From: Myxococcota bacterium
GTDB lineage: Bacteria > Myxococcota_A > UBA796 > GCA-2862545
Length of the DNA stretch: 25,730 bases
Reading direction: 5' to 3'
Assembly: GCA_039208735.1 (NCBI GenBank)
Contig: JBCCQY010000134.1
Location: 1 to 25,730 of the forward strand
Below are positions 25,237 through 25,730 of the stretch, piece by piece (within the stretch, counting starts at the first letter, position 1; each line of letters begins with the position of its first letter). Made by a program: the position numbers and the translations under genes. Under the pieces are notes generated by a model, which ran no database searches, was not told the origin of the DNA, and was given only the letters and a program-made list of their open reading frames with translations.

Positions 25237-25730
25237 ATGTGGATGGTCCTCGGGAGCGCGCTGGCCCTGGCCCAAGCCGAAGATGTCGGAGTCGGAGAGG
25301 ACGGCATCCCCACCCGTCGCGTGATCGTAAAACCCGAAGTCGCCGACGTGCCAGCCCTCAAGAATGGGTTTTCCTTTGGCCTATCGGCCGGGCTGGCGAC
25401 CGGAGTGGGTCCGACGTTCGGCATTCCAACCGGACAGTGGGGGCGCATCCAGCTCACCGTGCTGCCGCTTGTCATCAACCGACGGTTCGGGGGCTCGGCG
25501 GGGGCACGCTTCAAGCAATTCCTGGGCAAGAACCCGCGCACGCGGCTCTACATCGTCGAGGGTGCCGCGGTCCACGGCTGGCAGGAGGTCGGCTCGGTGT
25601 GGGGAGCCGGAGTAGGGCTCGGCATCGAGACCCGTAAGGATTGGACCAGCGGCCGTACGTTTTGGTTTGACATCAGCGCGACGGCCTTTGGCACCAACCA
25701 GTCCGAGGGTTTGGTGCTGCTACCGCTTCC
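25237..25730 (+). CDS. Hypothetical secreted, beta-barrel-like protein; runs off the right edge
   Basis: Absent from the ORF track. ATG 25237 after GGAGA; MWMVLGSALALAQA...GFSFGLSAGLATGVGPTFG...RIQLTVLP...GSAGARFKQ...WGAGVGLGIE...FWFDIS; the frame is open to the window end. Confidence 0.7.
   Translation, partial: MWMVLGSALALAQAEDVGVGEDGIPTRRVIVKPEVADVPALKNGFSFGLSAGLATGVGPTFGIPTGQWGRIQLTVLPLVINRRFGGSAGARFKQFLGKNPRTRLYIVEGAAVHGWQEVGSVWGAGVGLGIETRKDWTSGRTFWFDISATAFGTNQSEGLVLLPL

Noticed and set aside
1..25730. CRISPR arrays, tRNA/rRNA, IS or prophage genes, known riboswitches
   Set aside because: None recognised by eye; the only tandem repeats are protein-coding. A covariance-model search was not possible.

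Overview
High-GC bacterial chromosomal window, probably Myxococcota/Deltaproteobacteria-like (inferred from TIGR02996-LRR proteins, Asp/Cys-rich MopE-type repeats, a stand-alone PilZ protein and many lipoproteins). It is almost fully coding, with 26 CDS, two of them truncated at the edges and missing from the ORF track. I saw no rRNA, tRNA, CRISPR array or mobile element. Main blocks: (1) minus-strand unit of two paralogous lamin-tail-domain lipoproteins, a DcuC-family transporter and an OprO/P-like porin; (2) fasciclin lipoprotein coupled to a persulfide dioxygenase-rhodanese fusion; (3) plus-strand run of TIGR02996-LRR, DUF3179, PP2C/SpoIIE-like, PilZ, GAF-STAS and esterase genes; (4) four-gene membrane redox cassette (two small membrane proteins, an MsrQ-like heme domain fused to a Rieske domain, and a Cys/His-motif protein); (5) DUF1624-like acyltransferase, TTC38-like TPR protein, degenerate TIR/SEFIR-like protein and a stand-alone MprF-type synthase domain; (6) MopE-repeat lipoprotein, WGR-TIGR02996-LRR protein, MFS transporter, serine hydrolase and two beta-barrel-like proteins. 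The best candidates for undescribed systems are a signalling module in which the phosphatase metal ligands and the STAS phosphoacceptor both appear lost around an intact PilZ, the MsrQ-Rieske cassette lacking MsrP, and the LTD-DcuC-porin unit. All family assignments come from motif recognition by eye, not from database searches.
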